Part shown: positions 1 through 8,794 of the stretch, in pieces
Numbering within the stretch: the first letter of the stretch is position 1
Layout: the number at the start of each line of letters is the position of its first letter
NCBI GenBank assembly: GCA_016180925.1
Contig: JACPAH010000002.1
Location: forward strand, 1 to 59,818
Length of the DNA: 59,818 bases
Origin: Candidatus Aenigmatarchaeota archaeon
Lineage (GTDB): Archaea; Aenigmatarchaeota; Aenigmatarchaeia; GW2011-AR5
Reading direction: 5' to 3'
Translations under genes and position numbers: made by a program
The notes under the pieces: generated by a model
Databases searched by the model: none
Seen by the model: the letters and a program-made list of their open reading frames with translations, nothing else
Told to the model about the DNA's origin: nothing

Positions 1-3
1 CTG

Positions 4-47
4 CGGAAGACAAAGTCTTCCGAGATGCCAAAAAGCTTCGCTTTTTG
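4..47. repeat. two short tandem hairpins (CGGAAGAC-aaa-GTCTTCCG and CAAAAAGC-ttc-GCTTTTTG) joined by AGATGC; member of the window-wide hairpin family
   Basis: inverted repeats read directly; linker and CAAAAG/CTTTTG stem base resemble 15544-15593 and 58316-58362. Confidence 0.5.
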
Positions 48-54
48 AGCATAT

Positions 55-172
55 GTGAAGCAAATAAGCATATCGGGATTCTTTATTTGCTTCACTATAA
101 AGAAAAGTCTTGGTGTCTGCAAAGAGCAAAGCTCTTTGAGACCTCAAAAACCCTTAAAGAGGTTTTTGCAGG
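55..172. repeat. divergent copy of the composite hairpin repeat: long hairpin GTGAAGCAAATAA..TTATTTGCTTCAC, then TCTGCAAAGAGC-aaa-GCTCTTTG, AGACCT, CAAAAACC..GGTTTTTG, CAGG
   Basis: same order of modules as 15497-15593 and 58268-58362; stems differ but remain complementary. Confidence 0.5.
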
Positions 173-193
173 AACCCCAAAGAAATAAATTAA

Positions 194-433
194 TTACTTC
201 GTCTTCCTTCCCATGTACACCGTCTTGACCTTCTGGTGTTTTCCGGGGATGGTCCTGCGGTTCCGGCTGTTTGCATGCTTCCATCTCCAGCTTTCCTTCC
301 TCATCTTAGGCCTGGGAAAACCGCACGCGCTGCACTTCTCCAGGCGCTTGTGGTAGGAATGCCGGCCGCACCTTCGGCAGCGTATATGGACTACCTTGTT
401 GTGCTTTCCGAATGAAGGAGTACCCTTTGACAT
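194..433 (-). CDS. rpl37e: 50S ribosomal protein L37e (eL37)
   Basis: [32 protein letters not shown] zinc-ribbon pattern typical of eL37; adjacent to an Sm gene as in many archaea. Confidence 0.9.
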   Translation of the reverse strand: MSKGTPSFGKHNKVVHIRCRRCGRHSYHKRLEKCSACGFPRPKMRKESWRWKHANSRNRRTIPGKHQKVKTVYMGRKTK

Positions 434-435
434 CT

Positions 436-660
436 CTACTCACTTTTCTCAGGAGAAACATAAAGTATGTTGTCGCCGCGGACAAGCAGGGTGCCGAGCC
501 TGGTCTTCTCGCCGTCGCTGTTCTGCTCGGCGCTCTCAAGCCACATGTTGAGATGCAGGTCCATTGCCTGTAATATACCTGATATCTCGGCCCCTTTCTT
601 GAGCTTTATCAGGACCCTCTTCCCTTTTGCATTGTTCAATACGTCTATCGGTCGTTCCAT
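436..660 (-). CDS. Sm-like (LSm/SmAP) RNA-binding protein
   Basis: Sm1/Sm2-like sequence ([27 protein letters not shown]...[11 protein letters not shown]); start moved to the ATG at 660, which has a GGAGG about 8 nt upstream (alternative start 684). Confidence 0.85.
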   Translation of the reverse strand: MERPIDVLNNAKGKRVLIKLKKGAEISGILQAMDLHLNMWLESAEQNSDGEKTRLGTLLVRGDNILYVSPEKSE

Positions 661-786
661 TGAAAACCCTCCAAATTCCTTCAAAGACTGAAATAGTCTT
701 ATTAGAACGCATACTTTTATATACGCAATTCCGAGCCCGCCAATGGTTTTTTAAACATGCATGCGACAAGAAGATGAGGGAAACAG

Positions 787-1164
787 ATGACGAAATGGCA
801 GATAAAGTCCGGAAGAAAGGTCACGGGAGGCCTCCTGAGGAGGCACATGAAGAAGAAGCGATACCAGCGCGGGATGGACTTCGTACCCGTGCATGTGGCC
901 GAGACGAGGAAGCGCAAGCTGCGGACCATGGGCGGCAACATGAAGATATCGCTTATAGCGGCCAACGTCGCGAATGTCCTTGATTCCGGGAAATACAAGA
1001 AGGCGAAGATAGTGACGGTTCTCGAGAACAAGGCCGACCCCCAGTATGTGAGGCGTAACATAATAACCAAGGGCGCGGTAATACAGACCGAGCTGGGGAA
1101 TGCGCGCGTTACATCGAGGCCGGGCCAGGACGGCGTCATAAACGCAATTCTTCTGAAGAAATAA
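787..1164 (+). CDS. rps8e: 30S ribosomal protein S8e (eS8)
   Basis: KSGRKVTGG..RR..KKKRY..G motif and C-terminal ARVTSRPGQDG..NAILL typical of eS8. Confidence 0.9.
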   Translation: MTKWQIKSGRKVTGGLLRRHMKKKRYQRGMDFVPVHVAETRKRKLRTMGGNMKISLIAANVANVLDSGKYKKAKIVTVLENKADPQYVRRNIITKGAVIQTELGNARVTSRPGQDGVINAILLKK

Positions 1165-1170
1165 GGTGTC

Positions 1171-1362
1171 ATGATGAGACTTGTCATGCACGATGAAACA
1201 GGGCCGAAGGAGATAAAGACAGAGCATGGCGACTCCGTGTGGGTGTGCATGTGCGGCATCAGCAGGAACAAGCCCCTTTGTGACGGCTCCCACAAGAAAA
1301 CGAAGGACGAAGTTCCGGGCAAAACGTACATATACGAAGGCGATGCGAGAAAGGAAGTTTGA
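1171..1362 (+). CDS. CDGSH-type iron-sulfur domain protein
   Basis: literal C-x-C...CDGSH motif (VCMCGISRNKPLCDGSHKK). Confidence 0.8.
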   Translation: MMRLVMHDETGPKEIKTEHGDSVWVCMCGISRNKPLCDGSHKKTKDEVPGKTYIYEGDARKEV

Positions 1363-1480
1363 TTCTCTGCAAAGAGTATAATTATGACTAAAACTGATGC
1401 TTTTTAGGGCCAAAGTATTCCGCCGAGGATGTTATGATTGTACCAAAAACTGTATTTATAGGGCATACCCACTTCTTATC

Positions 1481-1594
1481 ATGCGGTGCATAGTGTGCAA
1501 TTCCGCCCCTGCCATGACAAAGTGCATGGGGGATGTGTGCGCCTCGTTCTGTTCCGACCACTGGGAAAAACTTAAATCCTTCGGAAACGATTGA
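1481..1594 (+). CDS. small Cys/His-rich protein (37 aa), possible zinc finger
   Basis: internal ATG of ORF 1397..1594 lies about 22 nt downstream of TATA-like TGTATTTATAGG (1451-1462); MRCIVCNS..C..C..C..H pattern. Confidence 0.3.
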   Translation: MRCIVCNSAPAMTKCMGDVCASFCSDHWEKLKSFGND

Positions 1595-1680
1595 TTATCA
1601 GGTGAGTCAATGAAAAATCTTATCCCGATATACTCATCTCGACACTGTCCTTCAACAGAAGAAAGAGCCAGAAGCTTTTC

Positions 1681-1878
1681 ATGGTCTCCATGGCATTCTT
1701 CATATTCACCCTGAAAAGCGTGTCCGACGTGATTTTCAACCACTTCATAGGAGGCTATTATCTTCTGGGCGTGCTGACCCAGGGAATGGAGCTTCTGGTC
1801 CTCCTGATATTCTCGTCCGTTCTTCTTTTCAGGAACGAGCCTGCGGCGGAGCAGGGGGCGGCCAGGAAAAAGAAGTGA
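1681..1878 (+). CDS. small hydrophobic (two-TM) protein
   Basis: ORF track; hydrophobic segments; ends 1 nt before the wHTH regulator gene; competes with antisense ORF 1456..2004. Confidence 0.3.
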   Translation: MVSMAFFIFTLKSVSDVIFNHFIGGYYLLGVLTQGMELLVLLIFSSVLLFRNEPAAEQGAARKKK

Positions 1879-1879
1879 G

Positions 1880-2419
1880 TTGCGTGAAATGGAAAATCCA
1901 GAAAGGTTCCTTAACCTGGAGATAAGGAGAAGGATATACGACTGCATAGACGGCTCCCCTGGCATCCATTTTCGCGAGATACAGAGGAGAGTCGTCATCG
2001 CCACGGGTTCCCTCGACTACCATCTCCATTTCCTCCACAAGAACGGGCTCCTGAGGACCGAAAAGGAGGGGAAGTATCTCAGGTATTACCCCGTTACGAA
2101 GAACTTTGACGCCGAGGAGAAGCAGATACTATCCCTCCTGAGAAACGACAAGATAAGGCACATACTCATCTATCTCATAGAGAACAAGAGGTCGCTCCCG
2201 ACCAGGATGGCGGAATACCTCGGCGTGTCAAACTCGACGCTTTCATGGTACCTGAAAAACCTCGAGGAAAAGGGCGTGATAGCCCAGACGAAGAAGGGGA
2301 GATTCCGCATATACCGCGTGAAAGAGCCGGAAAAAATCGTCAAGTACATAATAATCCACAAGAACAGCTTCCTTGACGAGATAGTCGACAGGTTCGCCGA
2401 CGCATGGGAGTCCGTGTGA
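1880..2419 (+). CDS. winged-helix (ArsR-like) transcriptional regulator with two wHTH-like segments
   Basis: RRRIYDCIDGSPGIHFREIQRR...GSLDYHLHFLHKNGLL and a second MAEYLGVSNSTLSWYLKNLEEKGVI segment; start may be the ATG at 1889. Confidence 0.75.
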   Translation: MREMENPERFLNLEIRRRIYDCIDGSPGIHFREIQRRVVIATGSLDYHLHFLHKNGLLRTEKEGKYLRYYPVTKNFDAEEKQILSLLRNDKIRHILIYLIENKRSLPTRMAEYLGVSNSTLSWYLKNLEEKGVIAQTKKGRFRIYRVKEPEKIVKYIIIHKNSFLDEIVDRFADAWESV

Positions 2420-2546
2420 AAACTTTTTATTCCTGCCCGTGCAGAAAGTAATAATGCCGCCGAAGAAAACCAAGAAGAAAAAGAACGTTTGCGAGTTCTG
2501 CTGAATCTCTAACGTATATATACCGTTTCCGTGAAGTATCTTTATA

Positions 2547-3263
2547 ATGAAATACTTTATGCTGGCGCTTGTGTTTCTGGCAGCCGTTTCCTTTGCCCAT
2601 CTCGGCGAAGAAGTGGAAGAGCATGAGGAATGCTACGGCGATTCATGCTTTGTGCACGAATCGGTGGACTACAACATAATTGCCGCGGAAGCGGGACTTG
2701 GCCTTCTGGTAGCATCTTCTGTCCTGTCCGTGGCTGCGGGAAAGAGGCTGAAAAGGCTCCACAGGAAGGCGATATTCGTTTTCATGGCCGGCGTAATAAT
2801 AGCGGCCACCGGATTCATAGCTGTCAATACCATAAGCGCCAATTATCTTTCTGCGACAGGCGGGCCTGTCCACTGGCACGCGGACTATGAGATATGGATA
2901 TGCGGGGAGAGGATGGAACTGCAGGAATCTGAAGGCCTTGAGAATAAAGTCGGAACTTCGGCTTTCCATCACCACAACGACGACAGGATACACGTAGAGG
3001 GAGTGGTGATGAAGCTGGAGGACGTGTCCCTCGGCAGGTTCTTCGAGGCGACAGGAGGCAGCCTGACGAACGAATATATGAAAATAGCGCTGGCCGATGA
3101 TTCAGCAGTGGAGGCAAGGAACGGGGACCTGTGCAACGGCGCGCCGGGAAGGCTGAGGCTCTTCATTGACGGCGAGGAGAACTTCGATTTCGACAAATTC
3201 ATACTGGCGCCTTACAGCACGGTGCCGCCGGGGAATTTCATAAACATAACGTTTGGTGATTAG
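2547..3263 (+). CDS. membrane-anchored extracytoplasmic protein of unknown function, His-rich (HWHADYE, HHHNDD)
   Basis: N-terminal signal/TM and two further TM segments; directly upstream of the CcdA-like gene; TATA-like GTATATATA at 2514-2522. Confidence 0.6.
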   Translation: MKYFMLALVFLAAVSFAHLGEEVEEHEECYGDSCFVHESVDYNIIAAEAGLGLLVASSVLSVAAGKRLKRLHRKAIFVFMAGVIIAATGFIAVNTISANYLSATGGPVHWHADYEIWICGERMELQESEGLENKVGTSAFHHHNDDRIHVEGVVMKLEDVSLGRFFEATGGSLTNEYMKIALADDSAVEARNGDLCNGAPGRLRLFIDGEENFDFDKFILAPYSTVPPGNFINITFGD

Positions 3264-3276
3264 ATGAAAAGGTGTT

Positions 3277-3993
3277 TTGAAAATGGCAGTTGAAGCAGCT
3301 TTGCCGGCGATAGGAACCGTACTGTTTACTGCGGCAATCGATTCCATAAACCCCTGCGCCATAGGGGTGCTCATACTTCTCATATCCACGATGGTCGCCA
3401 ATTCCAAGAGAAGGGGCAGGATGCTTGTCCTCGGGTTTGCATACGTATTCGCGGTGTTCATCACTTATCTTGTTGCAGGCCTCGGCCTGATAACTTTCCT
3501 GACCGCAATACCCCTCGTGGTGACGCAATACATATCAATAATAGTGGGTGTCCTGATAGCCGGCATGGGGATAGTGGAAATAAAGGAGTATTTCTGGTAT
3601 GGCAGAGGATTCAGCCTTGCCATATCGCCCAAGATGGCCAAGGCGATACACAAGAGGCTGCAGAACATAAGCGTGGCCGGTGTCATGCTCCTGGGCGCTT
3701 TCGTGTCAGCCGTGGAGCTTCCGTGCACAGGAGGCCCTTACCTGGCGATAACTCTTATGCTCGCCCAGAACTTCAACCTCATGGCATTTGCCCTGCTGGT
3801 GGTGTACAACATTATCTTTGTCCTGCCGCTCATCGTCATACTGCTCCTGGTGGCCGGAGGGATGAAGATAACCACGATAAAGAAGTGGAAGCATGCAAAC
3901 AGGTCGTATATGAGGCTGGCCACGGGCATACTGCTCGTGTTCCTGTCATGGCTCCTTATACTGATGGCGAACGGCTCGATAAACCTGGGATGA
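3277..3993 (+). CDS. CcdA/DsbD-family transmembrane thiol-disulfide oxidoreductase
   Basis: polytopic membrane protein with one Cys in each of two TM segments (DSINPCAIGVL and VELPCTGGPYL), as in the DsbD/CcdA family. Confidence 0.8.
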   Translation: MKMAVEAALPAIGTVLFTAAIDSINPCAIGVLILLISTMVANSKRRGRMLVLGFAYVFAVFITYLVAGLGLITFLTAIPLVVTQYISIIVGVLIAGMGIVEIKEYFWYGRGFSLAISPKMAKAIHKRLQNISVAGVMLLGAFVSAVELPCTGGPYLAITLMLAQNFNLMAFALLVVYNIIFVLPLIVILLLVAGGMKITTIKKWKHANRSYMRLATGILLVFLSWLLILMANGSINLG

Positions 3994-3997
3994 TATT

Positions 3998-4276
3998 ATG
4001 AAAATTATGAAATGCGTTGTGAAAAGAAAGGGACATGAAGAGAGGTTCAGCGAGAGGAAGCTCTACAGGAGCTGCTACTGCGCGTGCAAGAGCGCGCACC
4101 TGAAGACGAAGGAATGCGCGAAGATAGCCAGGAGCGTGACGTCAGAGGTGAAAAAGAGCGCGGGCTCCAGGAAATGCGTCACCTCAGCCTACATACACAA
4201 GGCGGCTTCGAAGGCATTGAAGAGACGCAACAGGGACGCCGGCTTCATGTACGAGACCCACAGGGACATCAGCTAA
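3998..4276 (+). CDS. ATP-cone domain protein
   Basis: VVKRKGHEERFSERKLYRS pattern typical of an ATP-cone N-terminus; no catalytic domain attached. Confidence 0.6.
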   Translation: MKIMKCVVKRKGHEERFSERKLYRSCYCACKSAHLKTKECAKIARSVTSEVKKSAGSRKCVTSAYIHKAASKALKRRNRDAGFMYETHRDIS

Positions 4277-4307
4277 AAATTTATACCTTCCGGAGCAATA
4301 ATTACGC

Positions 4308-4505
4308 ATGGCCACGTTCGACGATGCCAGGAAAAAGTACCTTGACGTGCTGTACCTCTTCGACAAGAAGCGCGGCACTTCCCACCACAAGCTCTCTCTG
4401 GACATGATATCCGATGAGCTGGAGGTCGCGAAGAACAATTCCAATCTCGTGGACTTCGACGGGATAATGAAGAGGCTTGAGGAGATAGAATCCGGCCTGA
4501 ATTAA
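4308..4505 (+). CDS. hypothetical 65-aa protein
   Basis: ORF track; TATA-like AAATTTATACC about 25 nt upstream of the ATG. Confidence 0.4.
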   Translation: MATFDDARKKYLDVLYLFDKKRGTSHHKLSLDMISDELEVAKNNSNLVDFDGIMKRLEEIESGLN

Positions 4506-4506
4506 C

Positions 4507-4515
4507 TTTATATAT
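4507..4515 (+). promoter_or_regulatory. TATA box (TTTATATAT) for the 4538 gene; implies a leaderless or near-leaderless mRNA
   Basis: archaeal TATA consensus 23-31 nt upstream of the ATG at 4538. Confidence 0.45.
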
Positions 4516-4537
4516 CGCCTTCTGACATTGATTTATA

Positions 4538-7500
4538 ATGCGTGCTGCATACGTAATTCTTGCAGTTGCAATACTTACATCTATTGCCGTTGCCCAGGAC
4601 AACGGAACGCAGCAACCCTATTGCCCGACAGCAAGCTGTGGTCAAAGCTCGCAGACGTGCGCCGACGGCTTCGTCGCGACATGCCAGCAGAGCTGCGACG
4701 AGGCTTCGCGTTCATGCCAGGCGTGCACGCCTTCATGCGCCGGCCATGAACAGGTTCAGGCATGTTCAACGACTTCGGACGGCGTCTGCCCGTCAGGATG
4801 CGCAGCTGGCTCTGACGCTGACTGCTGCACGAATGCCGGCAAGAAGTGGTATTCAGGATACGGATGTTATGACGCCAGCGCTCCTGCTCCAGCGACATGT
4901 TCTGTGACATCCGATGGCATATGCCCAGGAAACTGCGCAGCCGGTTCCGATTATGATTGCTGCACCAATTCAGGAAAATACTGGTATGACAATGGATGCT
5001 TCAGCACGCCAAAACAGACTTCAACTTCCACAGGCTCCTCATCGAATACATCAACTGCGACGACTTCGTGCCCCGCAGCGCCTTCGGCTCCTGCATGCGG
5101 AAAGGAGCAGTTTTTAGATACAAAATACGATTCGAACAGGTGTATAACAGGTTATGAATGCAAAGATTCTTCACGACCCCAGACCTCATGTCCTGCAGCC
5201 CCTTCACCCCCGGCATGCAATGGCTTCCTGGAAAACAGGTTTGACAACAACGGCTGCGTTGTCGGCTACGAATGCAGGACATCTACCAACGTAAACCAGC
5301 AATGCGTTCCAGGGACGATATCTGCCAGGGACGGGGCCGGAAACTGCCAGAATTTCCCCAATTCATGCCTGCCTCCGGGATGGAGCCGCGTTGACAGCTG
5401 CGACAGGTTCCAGGCGCCGTTCTGCGGCGACGGCAGGTGCGACATAGGCGAGAACCCGAATACATGCTCTTCCGACTGCAGCGGCAGCGTGCAGACGCGA
5501 ACGACACAGACATGCCCCGACGGCTCGCAGATACAGTGCAAGCAGGATGCCGACGGGCGCACGTTCTGCGACCAGTGCCCTGTCCAGAACCTGCCTCAGG
5601 GATGCCATCAGGAAAAAGATGACAAAGGCTTCGTGAGAGTCGTGTGCGAATCCAAGAGGACATGCCCAGAAATTTCGCAGGAAGTGAGGCTCAAATGCGT
5701 CGACCAGAAAGGCATTCCGGTCTTCAAGAAAGACCCTTCCGGGTGCGAACAATTCTCGTGTCAGTTTGGCAACGAAGTATCGAACCCGTTCAGCGGCTAC
5801 AACCAGTGCCCTCAGAAGGAGCAGATAGATGCTGAAATGAACAAGTGCGGTTCCCTCGGCCTGAGAGGCGCGATAGTGTTCGAAGGAGGATGCCAGATTG
5901 CGAGGTGCGTCGAGGAAAGGAGAGAGGAGCAGTGCCCGCATGTTTCATCGCAGGAAAAGGAAAAGATAAACAGCGAATGCCTGGCAAAGGGATTCCAGGG
6001 AATAAGAAACCGCTTCGAGGGATGCCGGGAAATCATAGAATGTGCTTCAAGCGACCAAGGCCAATATTCATGCCCAAGGGACGTGCCGCCTGAGGCTTAC
6101 CAGATGTGCGGCGAGAAGGGCGGCGAGCTTATAGTGCAGAGAAACCAGAATGGCTGCGTACAGTTCTCAAGGTGCGTAGCTCCCGGAGATGCGTCCAACG
6201 TTTATGTTGAAAGATCTTCAAGGATACTTGAAAGCTCCGAGCTTCTTTCCCTTGCGTTCAAGCTTGAGTCCCTCAATGTGGAGCTTGACAAGCTTGCAAA
6301 GCAGACCAATGACATAGCCGAATACTACAAATCAACGGGCTCTGCGGACGAAGGGAGATTCAGGCGCGTCTCGGACATGTTTGTTTCTGCAAAGGAAGAG
6401 TCTAGTGGAATAAAGGACAAGATACGAAGCAAAATTGACTCGCTCACTGAAGACGACATGCTCGAGATAAAACGCGACCTGAAATACCTCAAAGATGTGA
6501 TGATAAAGGACATACTCTACGTTATGCTCAGCAGCAATGAAGACGTTGAAGGCTTCTCAGCCACATCTGAAAAATCCGAAAATGACTGCGGCACAGACGG
6601 CGGGTGCTTTGATGAGGCGTTCAGGTTGTGCAAACCAATAACATTCGAGCCCGACAGAGAGGTCACGGTCAGTATAGCCGGTCTTGATGGCGACAACTGC
6701 ATACTGAAGGCAAGGATGAAGGAAGGGAAAGGGCCTCCAGCGGGCGTGATACAGGGAGTGAATCCGCCTTATGAAATGACATGCAAGATAAAGAATTACG
6801 CCCTTGGCATGAAAGGTCCTGAGGACATAATGCCTTTCTGTGAGGGCTCCATGGTCAAGCTCATGGAACAATTCGGGCCGAACGGCGAGAATGCACCGGG
6901 AGTTCCTGGCAAGTGCAGCGGCGATGAGTGCAGGGATTACTGCGGCAGAGGACAGACGGAAGCGAAGGAATGCCTCGAGAATCTCGGGCAATACCTGCCG
7001 CCTGAGGCGAAGCAGGGCCTTGAGATGCTTGCTTCGGGCAAAGGCGGTTTCGGACAGCAAAGGTTTGACCAGGGATTTGAAGGCCAGAGCTTCCAGCAGC
7101 AGGGCTACAGGCCGCAACAGACGATACGTCCAGAGCAGTGCGAATTTACGGACATGAGCGACGAAGAATGTGTTGACTACATACAAAAAAATCTCGGGCC
7201 CCCTTCAGAATGCAAGGGCCTCACGGACGCGCAGTGCAGGAAATTCCTGCTGAGGAAATGGGAAAACCAGAAGCAGCAGCCCGTCCAATCATATGGAGGG
7301 CCGCAGCAATTCCAGCAGAGAGGACAGCAATTTGACCAAGGCGGCTTCCAGGGACAGCAACAGTTTAAAGGACAACAGGATTTTAACCAGCCGGTTCAGC
7401 AATATGGCCAGCAGCAATTTGGAGGGCAGCAGGACTTCGGACAACAACAGTTTCCACAGCAGCAGTATGGGCATGGCGGATTCAACCAGCCTGTCCAGCA

Positions 7501-7657
7501 GTTTATTGAACAAGACTATGGAAGATATGAAGGCGGGGCCCAGGGACAGCAGCAGTATGGTGGTCAGCCTCAGCAGTATTATGGCGGCGCACAGCCGATC
7601 CAACAGACTGAGCCCACATCCCAGCAAACAGTGGCTTCAGGCGGCGGACAGGGGTAG
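4538..7657 (+). CDS. large secreted cysteine-rich protein with duplicated Cys modules, a central coiled-coil-like region and a Q-rich C-terminal tail
   Basis: signal peptide MRAAYVILAVAILTSIAVAQ; duplicated TSDG.CP..CAAGSD.DCCTN.GK.WY and SCPAAPS.PAC modules; tail of QQF/GQQ repeats. Confidence 0.8.
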   Translation: MRAAYVILAVAILTSIAVAQDNGTQQPYCPTASCGQSSQTCADGFVATCQQSCDEASRSCQACTPSCAGHEQVQACSTTSDGVCPSGCAAGSDADCCTNAGKKWYSGYGCYDASAPAPATCSVTSDGICPGNCAAGSDYDCCTNSGKYWYDNGCFSTPKQTSTSTGSSSNTSTATTSCPAAPSAPACGKEQFLDTKYDSNRCITGYECKDSSRPQTSCPAAPSPPACNGFLENRFDNNGCVVGYECRTSTNVNQQCVPGTISARDGAGNCQNFPNSCLPPGWSRVDSCDRFQAPFCGDGRCDIGENPNTCSSDCSGSVQTRTTQTCPDGSQIQCKQDADGRTFCDQCPVQNLPQGCHQEKDDKGFVRVVCESKRTCPEISQEVRLKCVDQKGIPVFKKDPSGCEQFSCQFGNEVSNPFSGYNQCPQKEQIDAEMNKCGSLGLRGAIVFEGGCQIARCVEERREEQCPHVSSQEKEKINSECLAKGFQGIRNRFEGCREIIECASSDQGQYSCPRDVPPEAYQMCGEKGGELIVQRNQNGCVQFSRCVAPGDASNVYVERSSRILESSELLSLAFKLESLNVELDKLAKQTNDIAEYYKSTGSADEGRFRRVSDMFVSAKEESSGIKDKIRSKIDSLTEDDMLEIKRDLKYLKDVMIKDILYVMLSSNEDVEGFSATSEKSENDCGTDGGCFDEAFRLCKPITFEPDREVTVSIAGLDGDNCILKARMKEGKGPPAGVIQGVNPPYEMTCKIKNYALGMKGPEDIMPFCEGSMVKLMEQFGPNGENAPGVPGKCSGDECRDYCGRGQTEAKECLENLGQYLPPEAKQGLEMLASGKGGFGQQRFDQGFEGQSFQQQGYRPQQTIRPEQCEFTDMSDEECVDYIQKNLGPPSECKGLTDAQCRKFLLRKWENQKQQPVQSYGGPQQFQQRGQQFDQGGFQGQQQFKGQQDFNQPVQQYGQQQFGGQQDFGQQQFPQQQYGHGGFNQPVQQFIEQDYGRYEGGAQGQQQYGGQPQQYYGGAQPIQQTEPTSQQTVASGGGQG

Positions 7658-7858
7658 GTGAAATATATGAACAAGAAAGCGATGATATTGGTATTCTTGG
7701 TTATGGCGTCGATGGTCTTTGTCAGCGGCTGCACTTCGCAGACACAGCTTGGCGACGTGAAGTCGCAGGAAGACGTGCAGAAGACCGTGACGGATGTCAG
7801 CACCAGCATTGACAACGTTGAATCAACGCTGAAGGACATAGACTCGAAGCTTGGATAG
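7658..7858 (+). CDS. small lipoprotein-like secreted protein
   Basis: hydrophobic leader ending in the lipobox-like VSGC; GTG start abutting the upstream stop (alternative ATG at 7667). Confidence 0.55.
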   Translation: MKYMNKKAMILVFLVMASMVFVSGCTSQTQLGDVKSQEDVQKTVTDVSTSIDNVESTLKDIDSKLG

Positions 7859-7874
7859 GTTTTTTTCCTTTTCC
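7859..7874 (+). terminator. oligo-T tract (GTTTTTTTCCTTTT), archaeal-type terminator candidate
   Basis: T-run immediately after the stop at 7858. Confidence 0.35.
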
Positions 7875-7887
7875 ACTAAATAATGTC

Positions 7888-8541
7888 ATGCAGAAAGACG
7901 AGCTTTTCAGGGAACTGCTCCTGCAGGGCGTCCGTGAAGGAGTAATAAACGCCATGAAGAAGGTGCCCAGGGAGGACTTCGTCCTGCCCGAGGACGCCGA
8001 CAAGGCATACTGCAACTACCCCCTTCTTCTCCATGAAGGCCAGACCATATCACAACCATTAACTGTCGCGCTGATGACAGAATGGCTGGACGTAAGAGCG
8101 GGCCACAAAGTGCTTGAGGTCGGCGCCGGAAGCGGCTACCAGGCTGCAATATTATCCGTCCTTGCCGGCCCGGAAGGCGGTGTCGTCACGTGCGAAGTCC
8201 GGAAAAGGCTTTACGAATTCGCAAGAAAGAATCTTGAAAGATACGGAAATGTCAAGGTAGTCCATGCGGACGGCTCGAAAGGCTATGTTGAGAGGAATTC
8301 TTTGACTTCCTCTAACATCTCAAAGGAACTCCGTTCCTTTGCAGATGACGGCAAGTTCGACAGGATAATTCTCACAGCCTCGGCAAAAAAGATGCCTGAA
8401 GCCCTCCTCGGCCACCTGAAGGAAGGCGGCATGGCCGTGCTGCCCGTAGGCGACGAGATGTATCTTGTGGAAAGACGCAACAAAAACAAATTCCTAAAGG
8501 AGATGAAAGGTTACTTCGCTTTCGTGCCGCTCGTGGAATAG
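7888..8541 (+). CDS. pcm: protein-L-isoaspartate O-methyltransferase, carrying a 19-codon repeat-derived insert
   Basis: GQTISQP, VLEVGAGSGYQAA, DRIILTA and VLPVG motifs of the Pcm family. Confidence 0.9.
   Translation: MQKDELFRELLLQGVREGVINAMKKVPREDFVLPEDADKAYCNYPLLLHEGQTISQPLTVALMTEWLDVRAGHKVLEVGAGSGYQAAILSVLAGPEGGVVTCEVRKRLYEFARKNLERYGNVKVVHADGSKGYVERNSLTSSNISKELRSFADDGKFDRIILTASAKKMPEALLGHLKEGGMAVLPVGDEMYLVERRNKNKFLKEMKGYFAFVPLVE
8290..8346. repeat. double-hairpin repeat unit inside pcm (AGAGGAA..TTCCTCT, AACATCT, CAAAGGAAC-tcc-GTTCCTTTG, CAGAT)
   Basis: same unit as the intergenic copies; exactly 57 nt, in frame. Confidence 0.7.
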
Positions 8542-8542
8542 G

Positions 8543-8794
8543 TCACTTATAGATATTCTTCCTGTGACCAATCTCTATGATCAATATCGTCATTATTTCG
8601 TTATTTATGTCTATAATAATCCTGTAATCCCCGACACGAAGCCTGAAATATTTATAACCAGAAAGCTTTTTCACAAAATCATACGGCCTTGTTTTGACCC
8701 TCTCCAAAACGACCAGTATGCGTTCTTGAACACTTCTATCGAGTTTTTTTAATTGGTCTTCTGATTTTGAGGTAAATTGTATCTTATACATCAT
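8543..8794 (-). CDS. RelE/ParE-family type II toxin
   Basis: F.A..QLKKLD...RI...L...P......KL.G....YRLRVGDYRII..I pattern; 4-nt overlap with the upstream small gene. Confidence 0.8.
   Translation of the reverse strand: MMYKIQFTSKSEDQLKKLDRSVQERILVVLERVKTRPYDFVKKLSGYKYFRLRVGDYRIIIDINNEIMTILIIEIGHRKNIYK

Noticed and set aside
717-1413. 204-aa and 220-aa ORFs on the - strand
   Set aside because: Both are antisense to rps8e and the CDGSH gene, which carry clear family motifs.
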